Positions 11,240 through 23,716 of a stretch of DNA of 34,068 bases are shown here, piece by piece. The position numbers were made by a program, and so were the translations under genes. Source of the stretch: Octopus sinensis (Eukaryota); NCBI RefSeq assembly GCF_006345805.1, contig NW_021831974.1, positions 1 to 34,068 on the forward strand. The letters are read 5' to 3'. The first letter of the stretch is position 1, and the number at the start of each line of letters is the position of its first letter. The notes beneath the pieces were generated by a model. It had not been told where the DNA came from. It did no database searches and was given only the letters and a program-made list of their open reading frames with translations.

Positions 11240-11345
11240 TTTCTTCTCCTTCTTCTTCTTCGTCGTCGTCTTCTTCTTCTTCTTCTTCTTATTATTATTA
11301 TTATTATTATTATCATTATTATTATTATTATTATTATTATCATTA
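11240..11345. repeat. (CTT)n/(CGT)n/(TAT)n trinucleotide arrays
   Basis: Direct reading. Confidence 0.95.
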
Positions 11346-11844
11346 TTCATTTCTTCTTCATTCTACGTCTTTTCTTCTTCTTCTTCTCCCCTTGTTCAGC
11401 CTCCAGTCCATCCCTCACCTCCTCTTCCTCTTCATCCTTCCATGCAACAAAACCTGTAAATTATCATTCAATATGACATTTATAGCAGCGATAATAACTG
11501 TTTTCAGGAATAAGTCTTTGACACATACACCGATGCTCATCCAATCAGAATCATTTCTAAATGATGATGATGATGATGATGATGAAGCTACTGCTACTAC
11601 TGCTCGTTTCTATCACATCAAAATACCTGTTCTTTCTACCTTCACTTCTTTCCTTCCATCTTTCATCTTTGTTATTATTATTATTTAATTCTTATTTGTT
11701 TCAAGACGTTCTTTTCTTACATTTTTCACTTGGTTCTTATTGTCTGATTTTAATTATAATTTGATTGACATCGATAGATAAATGTAGGAATATATCTGAA
11801 TGTGTGCACGAGCGTATCTGTGTGTGTGTGTGTGTGTGTCTGAG

Positions 11845-11876
<32 letters not shown>

Positions 11877-11877
<1 letters not shown>

Positions 11878-12022
11878 AGGGCTTAGTAAAATAAATTACT
11901 TTGCCACATACTGAACTCATTAGAAATAGCAGCTAAAGAAATTCGCCTAAAATGGTCCCTTTACATACTGAATACTTGGTGAAATTGATTAATAATTAAT
12001 TAATTTTACCCTCAATTGTTGA
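11877..12022. mobile_element. Short interspersed module flanked by (TA)n on both sides
   Basis: 11877-11939 is homologous to 23357-23417 (TAGAAATAGCAG..AAAGA); 11940-12013 is homologous to 23718-23799 (TACTTGGTG.AATTGAT). Confidence 0.6.
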
Positions 12023-12273
12023 AATATATATATATATATATATATAGATAGATAGATAGATAGATAGATATTACTCTTAAACAAGGAAAATTTTAACCCA
12101 ACAGAGACTACATAGAATTCGATTAACTCTAATGCATCGCAGTCTGTCGATGATTTAACTGACTTAAACTTCGAAGTCACTGTCAAATAAATTTGTATTC
12201 TGCAAGACTATTGTGTAACCCATCAGATCAATATAAAATTGTTTCGTTGCAACTGAAACCAACAAACATACAC

Positions 12274-12383
12274 GTTATTGCTTCGGCAATACATATAATG
12301 AAATTGTAACGATACAGAGAAGATTAGTATGGCCCCTGCGCAAGGATGACACGCAAATTCGTGAAGCGTTCCATATTTCTTTT
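12274..12383 (+). ncRNA. U6: U6 snRNA, full-length copy, probably a retropseudogene
   Basis: GTTATTGCTTCGGCAATACATATAATGAAATTGTAACGATACAGAGAAGATTAGTATGGCCCCTGCGCAAGGATGACACGCAAATTCGTGAAGCGTTCCATATTTCTTTT is colinear with canonical U6. ACAGAGA box at 12314-12320; 5' UUCG stem-loop; 9 substitutions versus recalled human U6 in the first 60 nt. Confidence 0.95.
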
Positions 12384-12429
12384 AAAGGTGGTGCTCCAGC
12401 ATGGCCGCAATAAAATGACAAGTAAAAGA
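12384..12429 (+). mobile_element. SINE-A/CR1-like LINE 3' tail fused to U6
   Basis: AAAGGTGGTGCTCCAGCATGGCCGCAATAAAATGACAAGTAAAAGA aligns with the reverse complement of 627-681 and 3715-3765. Confidence 0.9.
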
Positions 12430-12437
12430 ATAATGGA

Positions 12438-12494
<57 letters not shown>

Positions 12495-12501
12495 AGAGGA
12501 A

Positions 12502-12810
12502 GGAGCACTCCGTCGGTTGCGACGACGAGGGTCCCAGCTGATCCGATAAACTGAACAGCTTGCTCGTGAAACTAACTTGTAAGTGGCTGAGCATTCCACA
12601 GACACGTGTACCCTTAACGTAGTTCTCAGGGAGATTCAGCGTGACACAGAGTGTGACAAGGCTGACCCTTTGAAATACAGGTACTACTCATTTTTGCCAG
12701 CTGAGTGGATTGGGGCAACGTACAATAAAGTGTCTTGCTCAAGGACACAACGCGCCGCCGGGAATTGAACTCACAACCTTACGATCATGAGCCAAATGCC
12801 CCTAACCACA
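12502..12810 (-). mobile_element. tRNA-derived SINE family B (probably Nin/Deu-domain type), nearly full length
   Basis: Minus strand: GTGGTTAGG A-box-like, GAGTTCAATTCCCGG B-box, TGTGTCCTTGAGCAAGACACTT, central CAGCCTTGTCACACTCTGTGTCACGCTG domain, tail CGACGGAGTGCTCC. The Nin/Deu assignment is recalled, not verified. Confidence 0.9.
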
Positions 12811-14396
12811 GTTAATTACCCACAGTTTATATATATACGGAGAGCCGTTAGTTGAATGTATGTATATACGCATGTATATTGTCGAGCATTATATTACTAG
12901 TTAAGGCATATAACTGGTCAATATGTTAGCGACGGTTTCGCAATATTTGTAAATATCTGGTTGTGTATTCCGCGCCAAAGCCCCATCCTAAGCTTTTTCT
13001 CCTCCCTCCCACGGTATCTATTAAGACCTATCGTTCGAACCTTTGCAAATTTGACCTTCTCCTAATGGCTTCAATTACTTGTGTTGATTGCAAGCACAAA
13101 TAGAATTAAGTTTCCACGCTACAACAATAACTTTTCCATTCTAATCTGTAGATCTTTAAATTCGTTTTCAAAGACAATTATCAACGCAACCACAAACTCG
13201 ATTCCAATGTCAAAATATCCTTAGGAGAACTTCAGACAATTTTCCTACTCAACAATCGTCAACAGACCTGTCCAAGACTGTGAAATTTTAATGTAACAAA
13301 CATATGTATCTGCATATGTATATAAGTGTATATATAAGTGTGAGAGAGTTATATATGCATGTGTGTGCGTATTGTGTATGTATATGTACGATTCTACCAG
13401 CTCAAATGTGAGGCTCTGGACCACAGGTTATTGTCCTGTCTTACAGTATTAGCCGGAAAAAGTGAAACCGAAAGCTCCGAGAAGTGAAATGACAATAGTA
13501 GTAGTTGTTGTTGCTGTTGTTGTTCTTGTTCTTGTTTTTACCCTTCTTTATTCACATTTTATTTCGAAATTTCCATTGGACTGAATTTTCGAATTCTCGA
13601 ATTATCATCGTCGTCGTCGCCATCTCTTTGTTTTGTGGCCTAATTTTTATTTTTATTTTCTGAGCTTCTCATCATGTATTCCGATGTGTCGTTAAGATAA
13701 TTAAACATACATGAATACCAATTAATAGGATTAAAATGAAAAACGTAAACGTATCAGGTTTCGAAAATTCATTTTATCGATTGTTTTCTTTTCTTTTTTC
13801 CCCCCAAATAGTTGGTTTCACTGCGACATCTGTTGTTCCTCATCCAGATATCCTAAACCACATCCTGGACGACGCGAAGCTGCTCGCCAGGCCACTCCAT
13901 TCTCTCTGATCCATTGACTCTAATGGAAACCACTGCGTTGCAAGTATCCTGGCCAGCTTTTCAGGTTTTGAGGAAATCTTTCTTTTTGTTTGTTCAACAA
14001 ATCCCAGAAGGGTTGATCAAACATGGGATCGTAGGAAGTAGTCTTCCATCCCTGACGAAATGGATAAACAGGCAGTGTATATGTATGCATGCATGTATGT
14101 ATATATGTTTGTATATATATATATATATATATATATACAAAGAAATATCCTACCCTCTGCAAGAGTACCAATGCACAACTAGCGAGAACAACATGCTATG
14201 GAGAACTCAGAATATCTCGTGGAATATTTCTTTTTCTATAGCAAGCACGTGAAGTGACAAAGCTTGCACTGACTGATGCAACACAACCAGATGCACAATG
14301 TCCCACCCCTATGGGGTTGCTGCTGCAGGATGAGACAAAACAATCATCGGGCTGAATAAAGATTCTCACTAAATTCATTTTCCATTTCCTTTATCA

Positions 14397-14427
<31 letters not shown>

Positions 14428-14565
14428 CATGAGAAAAAATAAGTTCAAACATAACAATTCAAACTTTTTGAGGAATCCAAAAAGAGAGAAAATAATTTCC
14501 CCCAAAAAATTCATGATATTCATAAAAATCAACCAGAGCAAGTAGTAAGAATATGAAAATAACAA

Positions 14566-14687
14566 TTGAAAAATTTCGTTATAGGTATAAAGATACAATA
14601 AACAAGTATAAAAACGGAGAAAAGATGTTAAAATCAAAATTGGATTATACTCGTTTGTGGTATCTCTATACTTATAACGAATTTTTT

Positions 14688-14690
<3 letters not shown>
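14566..14690. repeat. Imperfect 33-bp inverted repeat (MITE-like)
   Basis: TTGAAAAATTTCGTTATAGGTATAAAGATACAA (14566-14598) versus the reverse complement of 14658-14690: 29/33 identical. Confidence 0.7.
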
Positions 14691-14723
<33 letters not shown>

Positions 14724-14757
14724 CCACAGCCGAAATTTGTTTAGTGTACATAGTTAT

Positions 14758-14915
14758 ACGACGGGCTTCCGTGCAGTTTCCTTCAACCAAATCCACTTAC
14801 AATGCGTTTGTAGGTCTAGGGCTGAAGTACACCGAAGTTATCGAATTGCTTTACTGAATCCGAGATCGTAAGATTACGAAGCGAACTTCCTGCTCACACA
14901 GACTCATGACTGCGC
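14758..14915 (-). mobile_element. SINE family A head, diverged
   Basis: GACGGGCTTCCGTGCAGTTTCC..CAACCAAATCCACTTACAA aligns with 858-880 and the reverse complement of 7640-7683. Confidence 0.7.
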
Positions 14916-15549
14916 TTATAAAACTTAATACACAGTTAAAATTCTAATTAAATTTAATCATTATTTTTATAACTTTAATTGCTTTATTCACAGCTCAGAT
15001 ATACAAGTTTATTCCATAGCATGTCCTAGCAGCCAAAAAATAAAGCAACACTACGAACGTGTTTTTTTATATATATTTTCGTTTTATTTGATGCTTTATA
15101 TTGGATATGTACCGACAAATGTCTCCACGTTTTGTTTGTTGTTGTTGTTTCTCAGATAAGTTTCAGAGCGATGTCTGTTATTTCAGACTGTTTCTTGTGT
15201 TCTTAACACAATGATTTGATGGTTATGCTCACCAGTCTCTGATTTCTTTCCGTCTAACTATTTCTTTTTTTTCTTTTTTTGGAGAAATTTCCCCTTGTGT
15301 TTTACGTTTCGTATCCAATCAGCTGCTCGCTAGTATCTCGCAAATCTTTATTTTTATTTCCAAGTCTTTGTTCTTTGATAACTTTTTGACTTCCTTCTGG
15401 GCAATGTTTTGCTCAGAAGGCATCGAGATGTTTATCAGAAAGAGAGAGAAAGCATAAGTTTAAAATTCTTGTTTTTGATTCTAATATCCGGGGAGTTTCA
15501 TTTCGTTTTTTTATCCTCTCTCTCTCTCGCCTTCTCTCTCACTCTCTCC

Positions 15550-15583
<34 letters not shown>

Positions 15584-15639
15584 TGTTTTTCTGGAGCAAG
15601 GGGTTGTAACCCTGGTGTTTGCAGACCCGTTGAGACAGC

Positions 15640-16330
15640 GCGAAACGATGCCGTTAACGTTATTGAACAGTTACGTGTCGATAGCTGCAGGAAAAATATG
15701 CACAAGAAGGGATTCCAGGGGATTCACATTCTGTGGATGAAGGACTGGCAGTAGTGGTTAGCGTGTGGACTGAGGATATGGCCTCACTATAGCGGACGAC
15801 CATAGACAAGGCGAATGAAGAAGGCGATCTTGGACGGATGTGGTACAAGACCAACCAGCTCCGATAAACACAGCTTATTGTAGCAGCGGTGGAAAAAGGA
15901 GCACCGGGGTTTGGGGCATGTTTATGAGATCCTTCATTCTGTTCAGTCTGGGGTGTCTATGTTGAAGTAGCAACAACGTCCCAGATGCAGAAACGTACTC
16001 CATTGTAGGTCTAACTTCGGCTTAATGAAGAGAAGTGTAATTGCTGGTGCTGAGATATAAGATGACCCTGGCGATAAAAGCCAATCTTTGTGATGCTGTG
16101 TTGACAATATGGAGAACAGAAGAGATTATTTAGGAGAGATCATTTAGAAGGAAAATTCTAGTTAGGTGCTGCTCGAGTTAGACGTGCCATAATGTCATCG
16201 ATGTATGAATTAGTATCGATTATCTCTCGGATTCCCATCGCAAAACTTTATATCTGATAGAAGAAAGAGTTACGTGCCGGACACAGTGGAATTTTTCCTC
16301 CACTGGCGGAAGTACCACGTTTCGGAAGGA
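15640..16330 (-). mobile_element. CR1/Jockey-group LINE, RT C-terminal remnant
   Basis: Minus frames give HIVNTASQRLAFIAR, AEVRPTMEY, SFFHRCYNKLCLSELVGLVPHP and NHYCQSFIHRM*IPWN. These match the LINE ORF2 C-terminal motifs AQVRPxMEYCSH / RYYxGxCSxEL / SFIPRTxxLWNSLP. Confidence 0.8.
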
Positions 16331-16650
16331 AGTTCGAGAGAAGTTTGACTGTTGTTGTTAAACTCTTGGTCATCCTTAGTCAAGAAAGTAGATTTATTAT
16401 CGAAAATATTCCCGGTTGTGACAATTCCATTTTTTAAAGGATATCAATCGCTACATTATCGTTTTGTACTAATTTATTCAACCTAGTTTTCCTTTATCCT
16501 TTCCCTGGAATCACTGGGCTGTGGCCATGCCGCAGCAACACTTGGAAAGTCAATTAAATCGATCCAGGTGCATATTTTCAGTGTGGTACATGTTCTCTCG
16601 GACCCTGTTTGTATCTGTGTGTATAAATATGTATTTATGTATGTATATGT

Positions 16651-16700
<50 letters not shown>

Positions 16701-17404
16701 GGGTGAATATTACGTATGTATACATATACTCGAGCCTAATATACATACTACATACATATACTGGCCAGATATTCGTGAAGATGACTGCTAATTAACGGCT
16801 AGCGGCTGCCAAAAGCGAATGAAATATAGGTCTATCCTGCGGATATTTTTAAAACATAAATATCGCTTTCCCTACCCATTTAGCCAGACACAATTGAAAT
16901 CAAAAATTCTTATTCCCTTATCTACAAGGAAAAGAGGAAAATTCTCTCCTTTCTTCATATGGTATTTAAATTCTTTGACCCATTTTGACAGTCATTAATC
17001 TTGATATTATTTCCGTGTGTTATACAATCTCTGAAGATTTGACGATGTAATCCGCTTATCCGGTGTTTTCTTATTCATACAAATCTTTCATTATTATTAA
17101 TAAAAGACGTGTAGGATGACGTAACTAAATAATCTATGAACAAAGTCTCCTGTCTTTTCTTTCTTCTTTTCTTTTTCTCCTTCTCTTCTGATTATTTTTA
17201 ACTCTTGAGATCAGTGAAAGAAAACTTGGACTATAACTCGAGTTATTTTCGCAGTTTCCCTCTCCATTCCTATATAATTCTTAAATACTAGTTATATGTC
17301 ATGCACTTTAAATCGTACAATTATACATGTGTGTGTGTGTCTATATACACACATACATACGCACACATACACACATATACATATCTATGTATACACAGAA
17401 GTAA

Positions 17405-18627
17405 ATATGTATGACAGAAGTAATTAGTTACCGTTATACTCGTTAAAATTAATTTAAATCTGAAATTATACATTCAAATTATTTATCGATTATTACAATG
17501 TGATTAATATTTAGTAGACATACCCTTTACATTTTCCAATGCAAGACTCCTATTAGGCATGCTACTGATCAGATGAAGAATATTCTCTTGAGAAATTTCT
17601 TGCCAAGTTCCGTGCAATAATCTCAGAAGATCAGACTTTTAGTATGTTTTGTCGTTCTTTTTATGAGGTGTAGTATTCATTATGCCCCAGAGGTGTTCAA
17701 TAAGGTTCATATCTGGTGACTGGCTTGGCCTGAAAAGCTTTTTAATGTCATTCTCTTCCACCCAACCTTGGGTCTTTTTAGCTGTGGGACAAGGAGCCTC
17801 ATCTTCCATATATAAAGAGTCTTCTTTAATTATTTCACTACTGGAGAAGATTAGAAGGTGTCCTTTCTACAATATGGACACACATTTATCTGAGTTTATG
17901 TTTTCCTCACACTCCACCAGCTCTGACTGACCATTGCTCCCAGTCCATCACAGAATTGCCGCCGTATTTCATTGTTGGCTGCAATCTTTTTACTTCAAAT
18001 TCTTGATCGCAGGGTCTCCAGACCCACACTCGACCACTGTCAGAAAATACAGCAAATTTGGACTCATCAGAGAATATGACAATGTCCCAAAATGCTAGTG
18101 GCCTCTCCACCATCTCACTGGCCCAATCTTTTCTCTGTTTGATATTGGCTGGTCGAAGAAATGGCTTCCTTGTTGCTGCTTTGCCATAGCAGCCAAGTTT
18201 GTGGAGATACCCAACAGCTGTTCTGGGACTGACATCAACTTGTTCTGCTATGTCAGATGCCTTGCAACGAGGTTTATCCCTCACATTTTTCTTAACAAAG
18301 CGAAGGATCCTGTCAGAGGGCCATGGTTGATCTGGAGAGGTAATGTGGACTCCTTGGTGAATTGCACAGTCACTCTGTTAACTGTAGAAAATGGGATCCC
18401 AAGGTTTTCTGCGATGTTATTCTGACTATGTCCACCTCCAGAATGACCACGATACGGCTTCTTTGTAATTCAGACAGTTCCAAGGCTTCCATGGCATGAT
18501 TAAACAGTCACATATAGAACCTGAAATATAAATATGTCAATTAATAAAAAATATAAACCATTTCAAGTTAAAATAAGTATGAAACGATGTTTTATCGAAC
18601 GTCTATTTACTTCTGTCATGTGTGTGT
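17405..18627 (-). mobile_element. Tc1-family DNA transposon, near complete (~1.2 kb)
   Basis: Terminal inverted repeat core ATGACAGAAGTAA(T/A)TAG at 17411-17427 and 18603-18619 (16/17 identical), enclosing a transposase pseudogene. Confidence 0.9.
17504..18495 (-). pseudogene. Tc1 DD34E transposase pseudogene
   Basis: Track ORF 17907-18284 (RKPFL..WDIVIFSDESKF..MKYGGNSVM) plus the downstream frame EDEAPC...SQSPDMNLIEHLW. D at 17801-17803 and E at 17696-17698 are 34 residues apart. Frameshifts and stops are present. Confidence 0.92.
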
Positions 18628-18695
18628 AGATGTGTACATATTCACTTTCACACACACATATTTATCTACATACATACGAACATACATACATAGAT

Positions 18696-18822
18696 AAAAA
18701 TACCCTCCTGATGTTGTTGAAATTCCAATGAAGGAGCCTTGAATCTGGGTTAGAAACCGGCTCTTTCCCTATCAGCAAGAAATTTTGAAATAAAACTGAA
18801 CAATGACATACATACATACATT
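18696..18822 (+). mobile_element. Short repeat, possibly a Penelope-type terminus, ending in (TACA)n
   Basis: ATACCCTCCTGATGTTGTTGAAATTCCAATGAAGGAGCC...GGTTAGAAACCGG resembles a recalled cephalopod repeat and has a degenerate hammerhead-like layout. Confidence 0.4.
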
Positions 18823-19324
18823 AAATATTTCATACATACACTTACACACACAAACACTTTCTTAATTTCTTTTTATGTCCCATATTTTTGATGGTGCGAA
18901 CCTATAAGTAAAATAATACCAAACACCAACATTTTGTATTTTTTAGAGAATACCTTTACCTAATACTGAATACGTTTGTTCCTCGTGGGAAAGTATCGGG
19001 TATGATATGAGTGTTGTTTGGCTGCTATTTCACGGGACCACATAATGAGTTTTCTTCATTAGCCCTAATGTTATATTTGGATCATGTTTGTATATGTGAG
19101 AGAATACGACTAGGCTCCATAAGTTTCCCCAAATCCGAATATATAAACCATATCAAAATAAAGTGTGCATTACACTATACAAATGATATCCATCAGCAAA
19201 AATGTTAATGTACTTGAGGTGACCCAAATGTAAATGACCTAAATATTCACATCTGTGCGTTGCATGACCCAGATATTTTCGAATTGATTATACCCGCTCA
19301 TTGCGGGAAGTTATTTATTTTAGA

Positions 19325-19359
<35 letters not shown>

Positions 19360-19399
19360 TATGTATATGTATATATATATATATATGTGTGTGTATATG

Positions 19400-19440
<41 letters not shown>

Positions 19441-19496
19441 TGTGTGTGTGTGTGTGCTTGTATTTATATATATATATATATATATATACATACATA

Positions 19497-19559
<63 letters not shown>

Positions 19560-19568
19560 ATATCTATA

Positions 19569-19889
19569 TACTTTGATACTTTGATACTTTGATAGGTTTC
19601 GGCCATTATTGGCCCAGGCCATGTCTAACTTAATAGCACCACCTGGTGAAGTCTTTCAGTCAGAATTTGGGCACTATGGCCCACTCAAGTAGAGAGTTAT
19701 TGTTTACAGAGACATATCCGGGTGTAGGGGGTTTATCCGGGATTTCTTGAAGGAATCTGTCCAAAGACTTCTTGAACCCTATAGGGTCAGTTTCTGTTTT
19801 AATGTGTTTTGGTGTAATGTTAAAGAGAGCGGGGCCAATTGAGGTGAAATAATTGTGCCGTATTGTTGTTATGAGATGAGAGTGCGATT

Positions 19890-19894
<5 letters not shown>
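19569..19894 (-). mobile_element. Young CR1-like LINE 3' end (77 open codons, 3'UTR stem-loop, (TATCAAAG)3 tail)
   Basis: 19893-19660 reads without stops: [77 protein letters not shown]. Hairpin GGCCA-ATAA-TGGCC at 19601-19614; 8-bp tail repeats at 19569-19592. Confidence 0.88.
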
Positions 19895-19951
<57 letters not shown>

Positions 19952-19990
19952 ATTTATATATATATACTATATATTATATATATATACATA

Positions 19991-20031
<41 letters not shown>

Positions 20032-20122
20032 ATATATATATACATATATCTATTATATATATATATATATATATATACATATATCTATTTATATATATAT
20101 ATATATATATACATATATCTAT

Positions 20123-20160
<38 letters not shown>

Positions 20161-20171
20161 TATAATATATC

Positions 20172-20222
<51 letters not shown>

Positions 20223-20247
20223 GATTATATATATATATATATATATC

Positions 20248-20281
<34 letters not shown>

Positions 20282-20364
20282 ATTTATATATATATATATA
20301 TCTAATTTATATACTATATATATATATTCTTTATATATATATATTATATATATATATCATATTA

Positions 20365-20404
<40 letters not shown>

Positions 20405-20431
20405 GATATATATATATTTTATATATATATA

Positions 20432-20480
<49 letters not shown>

Positions 20481-20552
20481 ATATATATTTATATATATAT
20501 AATATCTATATTTAGATATATATATATTTATATATATATATATATATATTTC

Positions 20553-20612
<60 letters not shown>

Positions 20613-20652
20613 ATATTTATATATATATATATCTATTTATATATATATATTA

Positions 20653-20683
<31 letters not shown>

Positions 20684-20817
20684 CTTATTTTATATATATA
20701 TATATATATATCTATATATAAATATATCTACTATATATATATATATTATATATATATTATATATATATATTTATTATATATATATATATATATTTATATT
20801 ATATTTATATATATATA

Positions 20818-20886
<69 letters not shown>

Positions 20887-20891
20887 TATAC

Positions 20892-20930
<39 letters not shown>

Positions 20931-20961
20931 TATATATATAATATATATTTAATATATATTA

Positions 20962-21010
<49 letters not shown>

Positions 21011-21237
21011 ATATATATAATCTATATATCTACTTATATATATATATATATATATCATATTTATATATATAAGATATATATATATATTTTATATATATAT
21101 ATATATATATATTTATTATATATATATATAATCTATATATATATATATATCTACTTATATATATATATATATATATATAATATTTATATATATATATATA
21201 TATATATATTTTATATACTATATATATATATATATTT

Positions 21238-21303
<66 letters not shown>

Positions 21304-21346
21304 TAATATATATATATATATTTATATATATATATATTATATTATT

Positions 21347-21415
<69 letters not shown>

Positions 21416-21650
21416 ATTTATATATATTTAATATTATATATATATATATATATATTGATATATATATTTATATATATTTATATATATATTATATATATAT
21501 ATTATATATATATATATATATATTTAGTATATATAGATATATATATATATTTATATATATATATATATATATTTTATATATATATATATATATATATCTA
21601 TTTTATATATATATAGATAATAATCTATATTTATTATTATTATATATTTC

Positions 21651-21681
<31 letters not shown>

Positions 21682-22501
21682 ATATATATATATATATTAT
21701 ATATATATATTTATTATATATATATATATATTTATATATATATAGTATATTTATATATATTATAATATATTATATGTATATTTATATATATATATATATA
21801 TATCTATTTATATTATATAATATATATCTATTTATATATATATATATATCTATTTATATATATATATATATCTCTATTTATATATCTATATATATCTATT
21901 TATATATCTATATATATATATCTTTTTATATATATAATATATATATATCATTTAATATATAATATATCTCTATCTATTTATATATATTATATATATCTCT
22001 ATTTATATATATATATATATATCTATTTATATATATATATATCTATTTATATATATATATATTATCTATTTTATATAATTATATATCTATTTATATATAT
22101 ATATATATACTATTTATATATTATATATATATATATTTATATATATATATAATCTATTATATATATATATATATCTATTTAATATCTATATATATATATA
22201 TCTATTTATATATATATATTATATCTATTTATATATTATAGATATATCTATTTATATATCTATATATATATCTATTTATCTATATATCTAATATATCTAT
22301 TTATATATATAATATTATCTATTTTATATATATATATATATATCTTATTTATATATATATATATCTTATATCTATATTTATATATATATATAATATATAT
22401 CCTATTTATCTATATATATATATATCTATTATCTATATATATATCTATCCTATTTTATATATAATATATATATCTATTATATATATATATATATATCTAT
22501 T

Positions 22502-22534
<33 letters not shown>

Positions 22535-23090
22535 AATATCTATTTATATATCTATATATATCTTATATCTATATATATCATATATCTCTTTATATATATC
22601 TCTATATCTATTTATATATATATATCTATCTATATATATCTATATATACTATATATATTAATCTATATATATATCTAGTTTATATATATATATATATTTA
22701 TCGATATATAATTTTATATATATATATCTATATCTATATATATATATACTCTATATATATATATATCTATATTTATATATATATTTCCATGGATATATTA
22801 TATCATCACTCTATCTTTATCTCTACTATATATCATATATATCTATTTATCTATATATCTATCTATCTCTTTTATCTATATATATCCATATCATCTTTAT
22901 TTATATATAATATCTATCTCCATTTCTATATATATATCTATATCTATATATCTTATATTTCTTCTATATCATATCTATCTATATCTTTATCTATATATCT
23001 ATATAGTATATTTATATATATATATATATATCTATTTATATATATATATTATATATCTATATTATATTTATATATATATCTATATATATA

Positions 23091-23127
<37 letters not shown>

Positions 23128-23340
23128 ATTTATATATCTATATATATATCTATTTATTTATATCTATATATATATTTATATATATATATATATTATATAT
23201 ATATATATACTATATCTAATATTATATTATACTATATATTTTATCTATATATATATTTACTATATTCTATATATCATCTATCTATTTATATATATATACA
23301 CCTATATATATTTATATATATATCTATATATATATATATA
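19895..23340. repeat. ~3.4-kb degenerate (TA)n array with recurrent TATCTATTTA motif
   Basis: Direct reading; almost no G. Confidence 0.97.
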
Positions 23341-23716
23341 AGTAATACTAAGTAATTAAGGGTTTAGCAACGAATTGCCTCACCAACACACCGAATTTAG
23401 AAATAGCAGTCAAAGAGATATAGCTATTCCTTCTACTAAAAGGGGGATCTCAGTAAAACACAGCACTTGAAAGGCAACACGACAGGTAAGAAAGAAAGAA
23501 TGAAATGACGGCAATCCATCATAACTTTAAATTGCATGATGGATTGCCGTCATTCATTCTTTCTTTCTTACCTGTCGTGTTTGCCTTTCAAGTGCTGTGT
23601 TTTACTGAGATCCCCCTTTTGTAGAAGGAATAGCTATATCTCTTGACTGCTATTTCTAAATTCGGTGTGGGTTGGTGAGGCAATTCGTTGCTAAACCCTT
23701 ATTACTTAGTATTACT
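23341..23716. repeat. Long inverted repeat: ~182-bp arms, 13-nt spacer
   Basis: 23341-23522 versus the reverse complement of 23536-23716: no substitutions, six small indels. Confidence 0.95.

Noticed and set aside
12215-12238. TAACCCATCAG..TATAAAA as PSE/TATA promoter of U6
   Set aside because: The TATA lies at about -42 to -36 rather than about -30, in AT-rich DNA; it cannot be supported as a Pol III type-3 promoter.
13830-14075. Minus-strand peptide resembling an RTE or Tc1 C-terminus
   Set aside because: The resemblance is ambiguous between families; no diagnostic motif.
18725-18760. CCAATGA-AGGAGCC..GGTT-AGAAACCGG as a hammerhead
   Set aside because: The core deviates at two positions and stem II is irregular; kept only as part of a repeat.
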